In this document: one piece after another, positions 61,973 through 64,000 of the stretch | How the letters are laid out: every line of letters starts with the position of its first letter | Position numbering within the stretch: the stretch's first letter is position 1 | Assembly: GCA_045837725.1 (NCBI GenBank) | Contig: JBEWZL010000215.1 | Location: 62,001-126,000, forward strand | Source of the DNA: Vermamoeba vermiformis | Taxonomy: Eukaryota | Direction of reading: 5' to 3' | DNA: 64,000 nucleotides | Made by a program: the position numbers and the translations under genes | The notes under the pieces: generated by a model | What the model was told of the DNA's origin: nothing | Databases searched by the model: none | What the model saw: the letters and a program-made list of their open reading frames with translations, nothing else

Positions 61973-63017
61973 ATGGAACACCAGCACGATGCTCCGCTAG
62001 AGGATGATGATGAGGAGGTGCGACGCAGCGAGATCAATGCACTTCTCGCGACTACACCGAGACTCAAGCAGATCGCTGAACTGTTTCGCAGTGGCAAATC
62101 TGTTCCGCGTCAAAGTACGTCAAATAGACAGAAAATAATTTGATTAATAGGGAAATATTATATTTAGGCAAGGAGCACTTGTTGCAACGTCCAACATTTT
62201 GCTTAGTGCCAGATCTGAAAGTGTGACAGCTAATTCATGTAAATTAACTGACTGGCCAGCGATATTAATACGACGCTATAATTAGGCACAACCGTGGTGG
62301 GAGCCATCCGAATTTCCACTCGTTCAAGCCTTAGAGCGCGAATACAGTGCTATTCGCAGTGAAATACTGCACGTGCTGGGCGTGTCAGATGTGACCTTGC
62401 AGCCCCTTGAGAGCGCACCCTCCGACATTACCAACACCACCAATACACACCCCCTCACCGCGCTGCCAGTCAGAACACCGCTGCACGAGATTCGTGCCTC
62501 AGTCGCGCGTGGTGAGTGGCGTGCCCTGTATCTGTGGCGCGAGGGTCAAGCAGTGCCCGCCCATCAAGCGCTGTGTCCGCACACCTGCGCGCTGATTGGT
62601 CAGTTCATCGAGCACGAGTCAGCCTTGCCCGCGCAGTCCGTGGTGATGCAGGGCACTGGTCTCGGCTATGTATACGTGTCGCTGCTGCAGCCCGGCACGG
62701 TGATTCAGCCGCACTGTGGGCCCACCAATCTGCGTCTCAGAGTGCACTTGGGACTCAGCTGCGATCAGGGGTAAGTGCCTTGGTGTGCGTGCGTGGTGCA
62801 CTGACTGAGCGCGTGCAGGGCCCAGCTGACGGTGAATGGCACGACACGACACTGGCGCGCAGGTGAGTGCTTGGTGTTCGACGACAGCTTTGAACACGCC
62901 GTGCACATTGGTGCTGCACCGCGCCTGGTGCTGATTGTGGATGTGTTTCACCCGCACCTCACGCACCAGGAGCGACAGTTGATTCGTGCCCTGCTGCCTG
63001 ATGTGGGAGGTGATTGA
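61973..63017 (+). CDS. Aspartyl/asparaginyl beta-hydroxylase-domain 2OG-Fe(II) oxygenase; multi-exon
   Basis: DLK|AQPWW, SLLQPGTVIQPHCGPTNLRLRVHLGL, FDDSFEHAV, RLVLIVDVFHP. Confidence 0.9.
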
Positions 63018-63149
63018 GTGCAGTAATAGATGCCTTAGTGTAGCGTCGCGATAACAAGTCGAATAAAGTTAACTATTAACTAATCAGTTGTGTGATCTGA
63101 TCGTGACATGTACGCATCAACACCGTGTATAATTACAATTGCATAGACA

Positions 63150-64000
63150 ATGACGAGTAGAGGACAGAAGTGGTACTTTACTAAAGAGGAGTTGTCAACT
63201 CCTGTGAAACCAGGAGGAACAGATGTGCAACAAGCAAACAAAATCCGTCGCAGCACCTGTGTATTTATTCAAAAATCAGGAATGGCACTTAGACTGTACG
63301 TGTATTAATGCAGCAACGCGATAATATTATTTGACAGCTTCAATTTCCAGAATAATTACTCTAATTTAATTCTTCAAATTTTACTTTCACTCTCTTATTG
63401 TAATTGAACTGCTACAACATGCGTTGTGCGTATTTAAAATAATAATATTTCATATCGCTCATATGTACCCTGACAGGCCACAATTAACCATAGCTACTGC
63501 GATCGTGTATTTTCATCGCTTCTTTGCGCGCAAAGATTTCCAAGACTTTGACCGCTATGTAAGTACTCGTTACTCGCGTATTATATGCCTATATTCTCGT
63601 CTTCCGCGACTGATGATGGGCGCGTCAGATCATCGCCACGGCGTGTCTGTTCTTGGGTGGCAAGGTGGAAGAGACGCACAAGAAGCTGCGCGATGTGATC
63701 GTGGAGACCTACAAGCTGCGCCACAAGAAGGAGATAGTGATGGACAGCAAGGAGTACTTGGACCTGCGCGAGGAGATACTGGTGGCAGAGCGCCAAGTGC
63801 TGCAAGCGATCGCGTTCGATCTGACGGTGGAGCACCCGTACAAGTACCTGCTCAACTACGTCAAGGTGATTGAAGGCAATCGCAATCTCGCGCAGGTGGC
63901 GTGGAACTTTGTGAATGATTCGCTGCGCACGACGCTGTGTCTGCAGTTCAGACCGCAGCTCATTGCCTCAGCAGCTATCTACCTCGCGAGCAAGTTCCTC
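63150..64000 (+). CDS. Cyclin K/T family; multi-exon, 3' end runs off the window
   Basis: KWYFTKEEL, L|PQLTIATAIVYFHRFF, IIATACLFLGGKVEETHKKLRDV, FDLTVEHPYKYLL, AWNFVNDSLRTTLCLQF. Confidence 0.93.

Overview
Gene-dense eukaryotic nuclear DNA with many short GT-AG introns, most likely from an amoebozoan protist. This is inferred from gene families typical of Dictyostelium and its relatives (SH2-TKL kinase, GbpD-type RasGEF, five-LIM protein, paxillin, Rab32); the species cannot be determined here. I built 24 spliced protein-coding gene models by hand. In order they are: Tex/SRBD1-like (truncated at the left edge), FYVE-HAD phosphatase, SPRY-SPRY-F-box, Cys-repeat surface protein, Aha1, SHK kinase, FATP, F-box-Kelch, ependymin-like, F-box-TPR, F-box, PTEN, RING/TRAF-spastizin, adenylate kinase, Rab32, PINCH-like LIM, RCC1-TBC, RPS4, PAK, GbpD-like RasGEF, tandem class III cyclase, UBE2H, ATG3 and OSBP. 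Paxillin, an ASPH-like hydroxylase and a cyclin K/T (truncated at the right edge) bring the total to 27. One ~2.5 kb island (54.0-56.5 kb) holds TIR-element copies and a poly(A)-tailed fragment. Main observations: (1) a perfect 12-bp palindrome, TGACACGTGTCA, occurs 8 times, 7 of them in short introns; (2) a soluble, bacterial-style two-domain nucleotide cyclase with split catalytic residues sits head-to-head with a cNMP-domain RasGEF; (3) PTEN has a U12-type intron at the human intron-1 position; (4) there are unusual domain fusions (RING/TRAF-spastizin; FYVE-UBLCP1-like phosphatase); (5) an older TIR-element copy shows CpG decay; (6) two homopolymer frameshifts are probably assembly errors. 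Splice models and family calls come from reading the sequence by eye and were not confirmed by database search.
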